56,390 bases of DNA. Source: a virus. Taxonomy: Duplodnaviria > Caudoviricetes. This document shows positions 1 to 9,691 of the stretch, piece after piece; the stretch's first letter is position 1; each line of letters begins with the position of its first letter. The stretch covers positions 1 to 56,390 of the IMG/VR virus record IMGVR_UViG_3300008450_000048; one strand, given 5' to 3'. The notes under the pieces are model-generated. The model did not search any database. It worked only from the letters and a program-made list of their open reading frames with translations, and was not told where the DNA came from. Position numbers and translations under genes: made by a program.

Positions 1-114
1 CAATGCTGCGCTCCAGCTAGTAACAAAGTTTGCGTAGAACGTCCCTTCAGCATTGTTATACCAACTGCTGAAGTTCGCGCCCGTCATGCTTGCTTGATCC
101 GTTGACCTCGTCAC
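1..114. repeat. Terminal direct repeat, copy 1 (circular assembly overlap)
   Basis: Bases 1-114 are identical to 56277-56390 and lie inside a CDS that reads through the junction. Confidence 0.97.
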
Positions 115-846
115 TTGAGAGCCGGCAGTGGCGATGTAGCTCGTTGCAAAGGAACCGGCCTCGAGCTGGGCGCCCCAGATAAAGATGCCGCTGGTGCCGT
201 CGCCTGCGTATGTGCCAGTTTGAAGGATGATCTGCAATTGACCCGAGGTGGCAGAGGACGCTGTGCCGGTCACAGAACATCTGAACCAACCATTGCCTAC
301 AGGCGTGATGCTGGTTGACGTGCCGCTGTTTAACGTAGCCGTAACAGCCGACAAGTCAAAAGTCGCCGTGATACCCCATCCACCACCGGCGTTTAACCTG
401 AAGGTCGTTCTTCCTGCGGCCTTTGCGAAGATTGAGTACGTGTAGGCTGTTCCGCTTACTGGAGCAAAAGAAACATAAGCATAGTGGGTAGAGGTAGTAG
501 CGTCTTCAGTAAGTTTGTCAGCAGTCGCATTGCCATCTGGAGAGACTTCGGTGTTTGCCGCAATGGTTGCGCCACTTTTTGTCCAAAACGCGTTATCGAA
601 CTGCTCGGAATATGTGAACAAATTTGTCCGCGACTCCTCGATCAGCAACCCCAGCGACTCCTCAGTCACCGGATCAAACGTGAAGCGAGGAACGCCCGAC
701 GCAGCCGTGCGCAGTACCCCATCCTTGTCGTAAAACGTCGCCGAGCTGGCGCGTGTGAAGGTCACACGCGGGTCGAGTGTTTTGGCGTTGGCGAAGTCCA
801 GCAGGAGTGCTGGACGAATCGCCGGGAAACTAGACGCGAGGCTCAT
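1..846 (-). CDS. Fibre/spike-like virion protein, 5' part; continues across the junction to 55917 (about 401 aa)
   Basis: Not in the ORF track. ATG at 846 gives MSLASSFPAIRPALLLDFANAKTLDPRVTFTRASSATFYD...GLLIEESRTNLFTYSEQFDNAFW; frame is consistent with joining 55917..56390 (1206 nt in total). Paralog of 54060..55907. Confidence 0.85.
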   Translation of the reverse strand, partial: MSLASSFPAIRPALLLDFANAKTLDPRVTFTRASSATFYDKDGVLRTAASGVPRFTFDPVTEESLGLLIEESRTNLFTYSEQFDNAFWTKSGATIAANTEVSPDGNATADKLTEDATTSTHYAYVSFAPVSGTAYTYSIFAKAAGRTTFRLNAGGGWGITATFDLSAVTATLNSGTSTSITPVGNGWFRCSVTGTASSATSGQLQIILQTGTYAGDGTSGIFIWGAQLEAGSFATSYIATAGSQVTRSTDQASMTGANFSSWYNNAEGTFYANFVTSWSAAL

Positions 847-874
847 GTTTGCTATCCCGGTTATTCAACAAACC

Positions 875-1198
875 TTATGCGCTCCAAGGAAGCGGTGGCG
901 TTACCACCGGAGGATTGATCTGATTTTGAATCTGTTGTGCTACAGCTTCTTCTGTCACATCCTTGTCCACACCATTTGCCCAAATCCAGCTTAGTACATC
1001 CTCTTGAGTTAAGTCTTCATAAGGTGTGAACTCACCACCGGCATAAGGTATCTGACAGGTGTTGATGACACTTGCAGAATAGTCACCCTCTGTACCAGCG
1101 CAAGTCCAGTGAACATTAAAAACCACATCTGCATTACCCTGCTCTTGTGGGTAGCAGTCCATCGCGGTGACTGACCAAGTAATCGTTGTTGCCATCAT
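875..1198 (-). CDS. Small acidic protein downstream of the tail fibre (possible fibre assembly/accessory protein)
   Basis: AGGAGG RBS; C-terminal PPVVTPPLPW typical of phage fibre-adjacent proteins. Confidence 0.65.
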   Translation of the reverse strand: MMATTITWSVTAMDCYPQEQGNADVVFNVHWTCAGTEGDYSASVINTCQIPYAGGEFTPYEDLTQEDVLSWIWANGVDKDVTEEAVAQQIQNQINPPVVTPPLPWSA

Positions 1199-1207
1199 TA
1201 CCTCCTA

Positions 1208-4200
1208 TTAACTCAATCTGTAAACCGTAAAGGTGTTTGCTGCTGTTCTGCGGATTCTGAAGTGCGCTGAAACTCCTGTTGCAATTGTCAACGTACCTAA
1301 AGTGGTGTTGCCGTTAGCGCCAATAGTAATCGTGCCAGAAGCCGTATTAATAACCCACCAATCAAGGGCTACGTTATTTGCTGACCAAGTTAAAGCGCCT
1401 TCAATATCTGTTCCTGTGGGCAGGGTAATGGTGTAAGTCGTGCCTGTTGTGTTCAGAATACCTGTAATCAGTTCAGCGCCGGTCAGAGTAGCCAAAGCCG
1501 CTTTTGAAGTCGGTGCGCCCTGATAGGGCATGACAAGGTTACTGTTGAATTGCGTAATACCGGCGTTGTTGATGCGCATCCGCTCCGTAGACGAACTGCC
1601 GCCATCTGCCGTCGTACTGAATACCAAACGGCCCGGCATGTCGTTCGTGCCGGGGGTGCCGTCTACTTGAGCAGAGATTTGCGCGGCGCGAATAAACGCA
1701 GTGCCGTCTGCGCCCCACCATCTTAAATACCCAAGGTCGTCCCCAGACGCGACAACAGTCAAGCTTCCGTCCGTAGTTCCGCGAGACCGTTTAATGTCAA
1801 CAATAGACGCAGCGGTGGCGGTGGTTCCTGAATACGCTACAGAGGACAGCCCCGGAAATACACCTGAACCTGTTGCAACTACTGCTAGTTTTTGTTCACT
1901 AGAAATATTATTCGCAGTAGCCGTCGTACCCACCAACAACCGCCCACTCGCATCCAACGTCATCGCTTGGGTGAAGGTGATGGCGTTACCTGCGGTGCCG
2001 GATGGGGCAATAGACCAAGAATGTTTACCATCCTGCATTTGATAAGCAGTGGCAAAATCAGAAGTAATGTATTGCGTATTTCCGGTTACAACGTAAGCGT
2101 TTGAAAATAAATACAACGCTTCTGTGTCATTTCGTCCGGTGATAACTCCGGTATCGCCCAACTGCAAGGCATTGTAGTTACTAGACCAAGCACTCGGCGT
2201 AACGCCCAAGCCGAGGTTGCCGGAAGCATCCTTCACGATCTGGCCATTGCCGATCGTCAGCACATCGCTTGCGCCGTTGATGTTCGCTACGTTGATCGAC
2301 GCGCTGTCCTGATACGCCATCGAACCCAAGTACTGGTTCAGCGGAATCTGGTTCGCTGCCGTGCCAACGTCGTACTGCGAGGCCACCAGGTACTGGGTGC
2401 TGCCGACGGTTTCGCTGATCGTGCCGCCAGAAACAACAGTCGAGGTATTGGTGTTGGTAGTGGTACCGACAGTCAACCGGCTGTTGGAATCCAGCGTCAT
2501 CGCCTGTGTGAAGGTGATGGTGTTACCTGCCGTGCCGGAGGGGGCGGTTGACCACCGATGTTGACCACCGGTTTGCTGATAATGAGTTGCTGCTGCTGTG
2601 GCAGCGTAAATCCAGTTTGTTCCGTCGTAGTAAGCGTTGGAGGTGAAATATGAATTATTTGCGCTAAATGCCGCAATAGAAGTTCCCAACCTACTTACTT
2701 CAATCACTCTAGTTCCAACCCACGCACTCGGCACAACACCCAAGCCGAGGTTGCCTGCGCTGTCGATGCGCATGCGTTCGGTGTACGAAGCAGACGCAGT
2801 TCTAACACCAAACACCATGTCTGGAGTAAATCCAGATGCTTTACTTACGGCTCCCATGTAAGCATAGTGCCCAGCAGATGTTCCACCTAACGCGCCGACA
2901 ACTATGCCACTAAACTTATCAGCGGCTGCTGTATTGTTATTAAAGCAAAATAAATTATATCCAGCAGGAGCTGCTGTTGAAGCCCCAGAAGCTGCATAGG
3001 ATGTGTTATCAACCAGATTGAAATTAACAATCCCGCCATCCAATACGAATTTATAGCCTGCGGTATTGCTGGTTGTGCCAACCAGCACATTCCCCGCAAA
3101 GTAGTTCGCCGCCGTCCCCGACGCATAGATGTTCCACTTGTTCGTGCCGGAGGAAACTAGCGAGGTGATGCCGAAGTTGTTTGTGCCTTCGCTTAAATCT
3201 GGTATTTGGATAGCGTGGGCATTTGTAATTGTTGAACCCGCGCCTTTGGCAGTGACAGAGGCTTGTAGTCCATAAACATTGGCAATTGTCGTAGCGGCAG
3301 CGGCTGAACTTGCATAGGCAGCAACACCAGTAATAGATGACGCATCTGAACTACCTCTATAACCAAATGTTGAAATTGATGCTTGAGATTGGCTTGCCCC
3401 TACTGTGGGTTTTTGAACAAAAATATTTATGTTTTGGTTTGGCGCAACTCCCACCCCCATATAACCATTCACCGTCACGGTGTCGGTTGAAGCATCGCCA
3501 AGGGTGGTGTTGCCAGTGACGGTTAATGTTGGCGTAGTCAGCGCACCGGTCATGGTGTCGCCAGCCTTCAGAACATAAGCAGCACCAGGCAGGTAAGCCG
3601 CTACCCAAGCCGAGCCGTTGTAAACGCGCATTTCACCGACCGTGCTGTTGAAGTACAGCGCACCCGTCAGCAGCGCATTGCCATCATTGTCTACCGTCGG
3701 ATTGCTGGTCTTCGATCCAAGGTAGCGATCGTCAAACGAGTCGTAAGCCGCCTCAGCAGCGTTCGCACTTGCAAGCGCAGCACTCGCAGAACCCGATGCG
3801 CTTGTCGCGCTGTTAGCAGCATTGTTCGCGCTGGTCGCGGCCGCCGAAGCAGAAGCCGCGGCGCTGGTCGCCGAGCCAAGGATCGAGTCAACGTAGAACT
3901 TTGTGGCCGCATCCTGGTTCGCAGTCGGATCAGCCATGCTCACGATCTTCTGCGAACCCATGTTGATCTGGCCCGACATAGTGCCGCCGGCCTTCGCCAG
4001 CAGAGTGCCGACCGTCGTGTCGATCTCGGTCTTTGTGTACGCGTCCGTGATGCCGTAGCCGGCGATCGTCGTCGGGTTCGTACCTGCCGTCACTCGGCCA
4101 TACACGTCCACCGTCACCGACCGGTAGGTCGCAGCCGTCACACCGGTTGTCGCCAGATCAATGTTGTCAGTGTTGACCACGATGCGGCTGCTTGACGCCG

Positions 4201-5356
4201 TGCCCACATCCAGCGTGTTGCCGGTCTTCGTCAGACCCGCGCCAGCCGTGATCTGGCCTGCGCCGGAGAACTGCTCAAAGGTGATCGCGGTCGACCCCAG
4301 CGTGCCGCCTGCAGAGACCGTGCAGACCCAGCCAGAGTTGTCGTTGACCGTGCCCTGCTCCACGAACACAAACGCACCAGGCAGCTCGGCCCATGAATCC
4401 GCATCGGTGGATCGGGTCCAGCTGCCGGCCGCGACCACGTAGATGCCGTTTGCTGATGCCGTGGACTGGTTCTTGACCAGCACCCGGTCGCCAGCAATGA
4501 CCGCCACGCCGTCAATCGTCTGCGTGCCTGACAGGGTGATGTTGGCCGTCGTTGCCGCAACCACGCTGGCCTTGACATCCAGACCCTGCGCCACGCCGTC
4601 CACATAAGCCTTGGTCGCCGCATCCGCATCCGCGGTCGGTGTGCCCAGGCCCGTGATCTTGTTGGTGCCCATCGCGATGGCGCCAGACATGGTGCCGCCG
4701 GACAAGTTGAGCTTGAGTGCGAGTCCCGTGTCGACGTAGCCCTTCGTTGCCGCATCGCTTGCGTTCGTCGGCGTAGACAGGCCAGTGATCGTCCCAGCCG
4801 TGCCGGAACTCATGTCCAGCGTGCCGGTGATGGTCACATTGTTGAACGTGCTCGTGCCGCTGTTGGCGGTCACGTTACCGGTCACGTTGCCGGTCAGGTC
4901 GCCCGTCACGTTGCCGGTCACATTGCCGGTGACGTTGCCCGTCAGATTGCCGGTAAAGCCAGAGCTGGCAGAGACCGTCGTAAACGCGCCAGACGCAGGT
5001 GTGGTGCCGCCAATGGTCGTGCCGTTGATCGTGCCGCCTGCGATCGTCACAGCCGATCCCAGGTTCACCGCACCGTTTGCCGACAGCGTGGTGAAGCTAC
5101 CGGCGGCTCGAGTCGTCGCGCCAATCGGCGTGCTGTCGAGCGTTGAAGCGGTAATCGCAAGCGCCTGCAGTGCCGACGAAGCAATCAGCGCATCGCCAGC
5201 CGCATTGACCATCGCCACCTTGTAGCCATTGCCAGTCAAGGTGGGGAGCTTGGCAAAGCCAGCCGTTACAAGATCCAGCTCCGCACGCAGCGCCGCCGAT
5301 GAGCCTGGTGCATTGGGTGCCGGATAGGCGGAATGGTTGTAGTAGCTGTTTGGCAT
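1208..5356 (-). CDS. Tail fibre protein, 1382 aa
   Basis: Gly/Thr/Ala-rich; TGNV tandem repeats, three DAATKxYVD repeats, ERMRID and GNLGLG fibre motifs; follows the tail nozzle gene. Confidence 0.9.
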   Translation of the reverse strand: MPNSYYNHSAYPAPNAPGSSAALRAELDLVTAGFAKLPTLTGNGYKVAMVNAAGDALIASSALQALAITASTLDSTPIGATTRAAGSFTTLSANGAVNLGSAVTIAGGTINGTTIGGTTPASGAFTTVSASSGFTGNLTGNVTGNVTGNVTGDLTGNVTGNVTANSGTSTFNNVTITGTLDMSSGTAGTITGLSTPTNASDAATKGYVDTGLALKLNLSGGTMSGAIAMGTNKITGLGTPTADADAATKAYVDGVAQGLDVKASVVAATTANITLSGTQTIDGVAVIAGDRVLVKNQSTASANGIYVVAAGSWTRSTDADSWAELPGAFVFVEQGTVNDNSGWVCTVSAGGTLGSTAITFEQFSGAGQITAGAGLTKTGNTLDVGTASSSRIVVNTDNIDLATTGVTAATYRSVTVDVYGRVTAGTNPTTIAGYGITDAYTKTEIDTTVGTLLAKAGGTMSGQINMGSQKIVSMADPTANQDAATKFYVDSILGSATSAAASASAAATSANNAANSATSASGSASAALASANAAEAAYDSFDDRYLGSKTSNPTVDNDGNALLTGALYFNSTVGEMRVYNGSAWVAAYLPGAAYVLKAGDTMTGALTTPTLTVTGNTTLGDASTDTVTVNGYMGVGVAPNQNINIFVQKPTVGASQSQASISTFGYRGSSDASSITGVAAYASSAAAATTIANVYGLQASVTAKGAGSTITNAHAIQIPDLSEGTNNFGITSLVSSGTNKWNIYASGTAANYFAGNVLVGTTSNTAGYKFVLDGGIVNFNLVDNTSYAASGASTAAPAGYNLFCFNNNTAAADKFSGIVVGALGGTSAGHYAYMGAVSKASGFTPDMVFGVRTASASYTERMRIDSAGNLGLGVVPSAWVGTRVIEVSRLGTSIAAFSANNSYFTSNAYYDGTNWIYAATAAATHYQQTGGQHRWSTAPSGTAGNTITFTQAMTLDSNSRLTVGTTTNTNTSTVVSGGTISETVGSTQYLVASQYDVGTAANQIPLNQYLGSMAYQDSASINVANINGASDVLTIGNGQIVKDASGNLGLGVTPSAWSSNYNALQLGDTGVITGRNDTEALYLFSNAYVVTGNTQYITSDFATAYQMQDGKHSWSIAPSGTAGNAITFTQAMTLDASGRLLVGTTATANNISSEQKLAVVATGSGVFPGLSSVAYSGTTATAASIVDIKRSRGTTDGSLTVVASGDDLGYLRWWGADGTAFIRAAQISAQVDGTPGTNDMPGRLVFSTTADGGSSSTERMRINNAGITQFNSNLVMPYQGAPTSKAALATLTGAELITGILNTTGTTYTITLPTGTDIEGALTWSANNVALDWWVINTASGTITIGANGNTTLGTLTIATGVSAHFRIRRTAANTFTVYRLS

Positions 5357-7404
5357 TATCGAAGCCCTCGGCGCATTGAATAGTGGACGATCACGGTGTT
5401 CACCGTGAACGGTTTAAACAGGTTGGACACAGACGAAATACGGATGGCGATGTTCTCAGCCGTTCCCGTCACCTCAACCTCGGACGGCGAAATGTCGCGG
5501 CCATCCCAGACAAAGTTGTCCCAAGTGAATGAGTCCCAATAGGACGAACGCAAGTCGTTGCCATAGACCTGGTCAGCTGGCTGTTCAAGCTCAGACGTGC
5601 GATATCCAAGGTCATACGCAAACGAAAATTCAGCATACGAATCACCCGTCAGCTCCACGCTGGCGCGGCGATACCGCTTCAAAATCCGCGGCGAGTTGAT
5701 GCTGTTGTAAACCAATGTGATATTTGCGGAGATGTCTGCACCATCAAACGAAGTGCCAGCATCCAGCGTGTAAACGAATCCATTGGTCGATCCAAAATAC
5801 GAAGTCTCCGCACCGTCCGCATTACTGCCTTCTGAACAGCAGGTCACAGGGTTTGGAAACTGAACCGGGCCAGAACCAATCAGCTTGCCGTTGGCGACCG
5901 TCATGTAAAGCCCGGTGCCGTCACTGAAGAAAAGCCTGTACTGCCCCTTTTCGCGGTTCAGCACCGACGCTGTTGCCAACTGCCGACGAGCCTGGATGAA
6001 CGGACGGATGTTCATCGTCATTGAGTTCGACAGGAAGTTGCCGAAGTTCAGTGTCGTGGACATGCCCATCACGCCGCGCTGAGAGAGCGCATACGTCTGG
6101 TCAAGGTTTTGCGCGGTGTAACGCATCGCACCGCTGGCATTGTTAAAGTTCGACAGCTTGAAATCCGCTTCGCTGGAGCCGTACAGGATCGATGTTTCGT
6201 TTTCCGTGTAGACGCCTAGCGCGCCGCTTGTCTGGTCGCCTGGCAACTGCGGCAAGTTCGTGATGTCGTCATTCATCGCGATCTCGCCAGCACCCAGCAC
6301 CGGATCCCAGACGTAGGGATTGCCAATGCCAGAAAACTGCAGCGAGTGCCCGAAAGCTAAGAACAGATGCTGCTTGTGCGCGGCGATGCAGGTCGGCGCG
6401 TCCGGCGACATGGCGGTCGCAATCGGCACCAGGTACGTGCCGTCAAACTCAAATGCCCGGTTCTTGCCGTCGCAGAAGTACAGCTTCTGATTCGTCTGGC
6501 CGCCACCAAAGTTGGCAATGACTGTCTGCACTCGACCGTCTGCCGCCCAGGTCATCTGACTCTGCGTGCCGTTGGCCAGTGCGTACTTCGTCCCCCCGAC
6601 GTTGATGTGCTCGTTGTTTACAAAAGTTCCGGTCACCGAAGTGAAGATGATCCGGCCAGACGCATGCGGAGATCCGCCCCAAGCCCCGCCGGTGACGATC
6701 ACACGCCGGGCGATGCCTGTCGCGCCACTGGTGCCGCCGACAACGGTCGTGCCCTCAGCAATCTCTGTCGTGCCATCATCAAACGCCAGCTCAATGCCAA
6801 GCGTGACCGCAGTCCATCCACTGCCGCTGGACTTGTACATCGCCAGCGCCGTGCCGCCTACATTGTTTCGCCATGCATAGACATTGCCTTTGTAGTAGAC
6901 AACGCCTCGCACGGGACCGGAGCCAGGGACTGCCTGAATGTCAGACCTGTAGGCATCTGCCGCCAGCGCCTTGTAAGTCGCATCCAGTAAGCCATCAGCA
7001 ACCAGGTTGGAAATTGAGTTGATTGTGCCGACGTTGCTCGCGCCAACCAGCAGACCTTCTGACTCGAGAAACGTGCCAGTCTCTTTGGTGATGACAACAT
7101 CTCCACCAGAGACAGCAATAACCCGTCCGGTCGCAGATGATGTGTAGCCGGTGACGGTATTGCCTACCGCTACAGCACCAGTCAGTGTGCAGCTCAGTAC
7201 GCTGTACAGCGCAGCAGACGGCGCAGGGCGCCCATCAAACCGCTCATAGCCTGCAATGCGGGTATAGCCACCCGTGATCGAGCATTCAAAGTTTGCGCCA
7301 CGGCGCATGACGCCAGGCGGCAACGACAGCGTTGGCGTGACCTGATCCAAGCCGCCGTTCAGGCGGATCAAATCGTATCTAACCTGCGGTAGCGCCAAGC
7401 CCAT
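5356..7404 (-). CDS. Tail nozzle / DNA stabilisation protein (P22 gp10 / T7 gp12-like)
   Basis: 682 aa, beta-rich, N-terminal GGL motif; lies between adaptor and fibre genes. Confidence 0.7.
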   Translation of the reverse strand: MGLALPQVRYDLIRLNGGLDQVTPTLSLPPGVMRRGANFECSITGGYTRIAGYERFDGRPAPSAALYSVLSCTLTGAVAVGNTVTGYTSSATGRVIAVSGGDVVITKETGTFLESEGLLVGASNVGTINSISNLVADGLLDATYKALAADAYRSDIQAVPGSGPVRGVVYYKGNVYAWRNNVGGTALAMYKSSGSGWTAVTLGIELAFDDGTTEIAEGTTVVGGTSGATGIARRVIVTGGAWGGSPHASGRIIFTSVTGTFVNNEHINVGGTKYALANGTQSQMTWAADGRVQTVIANFGGGQTNQKLYFCDGKNRAFEFDGTYLVPIATAMSPDAPTCIAAHKQHLFLAFGHSLQFSGIGNPYVWDPVLGAGEIAMNDDITNLPQLPGDQTSGALGVYTENETSILYGSSEADFKLSNFNNASGAMRYTAQNLDQTYALSQRGVMGMSTTLNFGNFLSNSMTMNIRPFIQARRQLATASVLNREKGQYRLFFSDGTGLYMTVANGKLIGSGPVQFPNPVTCCSEGSNADGAETSYFGSTNGFVYTLDAGTSFDGADISANITLVYNSINSPRILKRYRRASVELTGDSYAEFSFAYDLGYRTSELEQPADQVYGNDLRSSYWDSFTWDNFVWDGRDISPSEVEVTGTAENIAIRISSVSNLFKPFTVNTVIVHYSMRRGLR

Positions 7405-7415
7405 GTGTCAGTGCC

Positions 7416-8111
7416 TCAAGCCAACGGATTGCCCAAATAAACTTCCTGCAGCTGCTCACGCTCGAGCTGAGTCAGAAGGTTCTGATACTCCTGCTGACCG
7501 TGCTGTATGACTTCTGCAGCCGCTTCAAATAAGCCATACGAGATCATCGCCTTGTAGACGATCATCATGTGGTACGCATCTGGAATGTCTGGCGAGTCGC
7601 CATCGTTGACTAGCGCGTACGGCTTTTTCTGGTACTCACCTGTAATCAGGTAAACGTCGTCAGGGATCTGGCCAAGCATGATGGCCTTGCCCTGCGGGTT
7701 CTCGCCGAACACCACCGGACGGCCATTGACCTGCAAGTTGAAGCGGTACGTGTTGCGAAACACGTAGTACTCCCACTCCACCAGCCACTGCTCGTCCTGA
7801 ATGCCGATGCTCTGCTTCTGGCAGCGGAACGTGTCCTTGTACCAATAGCGAAGGTCCGTCATCAGGTTGCCAGTCAGCTGGTTTGTGATCGCCGTCGGCA
7901 GGTAGTCACCAGTACCGGCGACCGTCTCCCACTGAAACTTTTGACGCATCCAGTTCCAGGTGTTGTGCAGGCCTTGAATTTCCAGCCACGCTGAGTTGAC
8001 CCAGTTCACCAAACGCAGGTTGGCGCCGCTCTGCGCTAGAACCGAAGACGGTCCCGTGCCAGATGCACCAACTTCGGAACTGAGTCGCTGAACGAGCTGG
8101 AGGTAGTTCAT
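7416..8111 (-). CDS. Head-tail adaptor protein
   Basis: MNYLQLVQRL N-terminus and DSPDIPDAYHMMIVYKA motif typical of podovirus adaptors; synteny. Confidence 0.7.
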   Translation of the reverse strand: MNYLQLVQRLSSEVGASGTGPSSVLAQSGANLRLVNWVNSAWLEIQGLHNTWNWMRQKFQWETVAGTGDYLPTAITNQLTGNLMTDLRYWYKDTFRCQKQSIGIQDEQWLVEWEYYVFRNTYRFNLQVNGRPVVFGENPQGKAIMLGQIPDDVYLITGEYQKKPYALVNDGDSPDIPDAYHMMIVYKAMISYGLFEAAAEVIQHGQQEYQNLLTQLEREQLQEVYLGNPLA

Positions 8112-8114
8112 GTC

Positions 8115-8588
8115 TTACACCGGGTTAGCAAGCATCTTGCGCAGCCAAGGCGCGCCCTGCTTCGGATTCGGATCGTGCGATACAGAGAACGGATACGTAA
8201 GCGACAAGACGTTTTCCTCTTGGAAGCCCATCGAACCATCCTGGTTGACGATCTTCTTCTGACGAACACGCGACTGCTTGGCTTGCGCCAATACAGCAAC
8301 GTGATACCTACGCAGCTTCTGAGGCTCACCGTTGCGCATCAGCAGACGATAGTCACCGTTGACATTCACCTCACAAAACTGCGGGTCGTTCTCATTGCCC
8401 GGTTCCATCAGGATGACTTCCATTTCGTCTCGCATGAAAGCTTCTTCATCCAGTGCATCAGTGCTCAGCACTCGATCAGTGTCGACTTCATGGCCGCCTT
8501 TTGTGGCTTCCGCCGCGGGCTGCACCTTGTTCACGATCTCCACGTCCTCAGACGAGACACCGCGCTTGCGCTCGTAGGTATTGGTCAT
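8115..8588 (-). CDS. Hypothetical protein in head-tail module
   Basis: GGAG RBS; co-oriented and tightly packed with structural genes. Confidence 0.7.
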   Translation of the reverse strand: MTNTYERKRGVSSEDVEIVNKVQPAAEATKGGHEVDTDRVLSTDALDEEAFMRDEMEVILMEPGNENDPQFCEVNVNGDYRLLMRNGEPQKLRRYHVAVLAQAKQSRVRQKKIVNQDGSMGFQEENVLSLTYPFSVSHDPNPKQGAPWLRKMLANPV

Positions 8589-8612
8589 TGCTTAGTCTCC
8601 GTTACGTTAATC

Positions 8613-8646
8613 AAAGCAGGGAGCTGCCCGAAGGCAGCCCCCTTTG
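8613..8646 (-). terminator. Hairpin after the capsid operon (terminator or RNA-stabilising stem)
   Basis: Minus strand GGGGCTGCC-TTCG-GGCAGCTCC (UUCG tetraloop) followed by only a short U-tract. Confidence 0.55.
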
Positions 8647-8651
8647 CCGAC

Positions 8652-9167
8652 TTAGGCAGTCAGCGGGTTGGCCGGCATGTCGGCCAGGTTGTAGAAGGTG
8701 TCGGTGACACCCGCTGCCGACAGGTCGGTGCCGCCAGGAGTGAATGCCGTACCAGCGGTCAGCGCGATGCGCAGGCCACCGATCGGGCAAACACCAGCCG
8801 GAGCGTCAGGCCACTGCAGAGCAACGCGGCCGGCAGCCAGCTCGACGTTGTCCACGATCGGACCCGGCAGGATCGACACAGCACCAGCAGCATTCAGGAA
8901 GATGCCGTAAATACGAGTCGAACCATTCACGCCGCCGGTGAAGCCACCGTTGACGGCCTGAATACCACCGGCAGCAGCTTGATACACGGTAGGACCGCTG
9001 TAGCTGATGGCGATGTTGTCGGTGATGGCTTTCGAATAAAAACGACCATCGATGATGTAGTTGATGGCAGCAGCGATTTGGATGGTGTTGGCGTTGGTGC
9101 CTTCAGCCAGTTCGCCGCTGTTCAGAGCCATGGTCAAGCCACGGTTGAGAGATTGATTGTCAGACAT
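8652..9167 (-). CDS. Putative capsid decoration / minor head protein
   Basis: 171 aa, Ala/Gly-rich, AAAGGA RBS; sits after the major capsid gene and before a hairpin. Confidence 0.55.
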   Translation of the reverse strand: MSDNQSLNRGLTMALNSGELAEGTNANTIQIAAAINYIIDGRFYSKAITDNIAISYSGPTVYQAAAGGIQAVNGGFTGGVNGSTRIYGIFLNAAGAVSILPGPIVDNVELAAGRVALQWPDAPAGVCPIGGLRIALTAGTAFTPGGTDLSAAGVTDTFYNLADMPANPLTA

Positions 9168-9178
9168 GATGTGTCCTT

Positions 9179-9691
9179 TCAGATTTCAAATGTTGCGTGT
9201 TTTTTCAGATTGACCTTGGCCGGAATGACTTGAAGATTGCTTTCCACATGCAGCCCGCAAACGTGTTTGCCACGCAGCGGGACAATGTGGTCCACATGCC
9301 ACTTGCCTCCCAACATCTTCTCTCTTACTTTAGCAATGTGATATGCCTCGGCAATAAAGAACTTGTTAGCCCAAGAAGGCGTCGCGCGCTTGATGTAATC
9401 AACACGAAGCGCATTTTCTGCAAGCTTCTTTGAGTTATCAATTGCACGAAGCCTTCTCTTGCTTTCGTTGAAAAGCTGCTGCGCACGCTTTGGATTACTC
9501 AGTCGCCACTCGCGAGAGCGAGAGATGTAGTTCTCTGCGTTATCGCGGTAATGCTTCTTGTTGTAAGCCTTGGCGCACTCACGGCACTTGTTGCTCACGC
9601 CAAACTTTGCCGTCGGATGCTTGTTGAAAGCATCCAATGACTTTTCCGTTTGGCAGTGAGAACAAGTCTTCATCATTTCGGCCTCAGTCAA
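9179..9691 (-). CDS. HNH homing endonuclease
   Basis: N-terminal CxxC...CxxC; ATPSWA; WHVDHIVPLRGKHVCGLHVESNLQVIPAKVNLKK HNH motif; more AT-rich than neighbours. Confidence 0.9.
   Translation of the reverse strand: MTEAEMMKTCSHCQTEKSLDAFNKHPTAKFGVSNKCRECAKAYNKKHYRDNAENYISRSREWRLSNPKRAQQLFNESKRRLRAIDNSKKLAENALRVDYIKRATPSWANKFFIAEAYHIAKVREKMLGGKWHVDHIVPLRGKHVCGLHVESNLQVIPAKVNLKKHATFEI

Noticed and set aside
4865-4955. 12-nt tandem repeats as a regulatory or contingency locus
   Set aside because: They encode ordinary in-frame TGNV fibre-shaft repeats with synonymous variation.
1208-5356. Diversity-generating retroelement or invertible fibre cassette
   Set aside because: No reverse transcriptase or invertase; the repeats are in-frame protein modules without adenine-specific differences.
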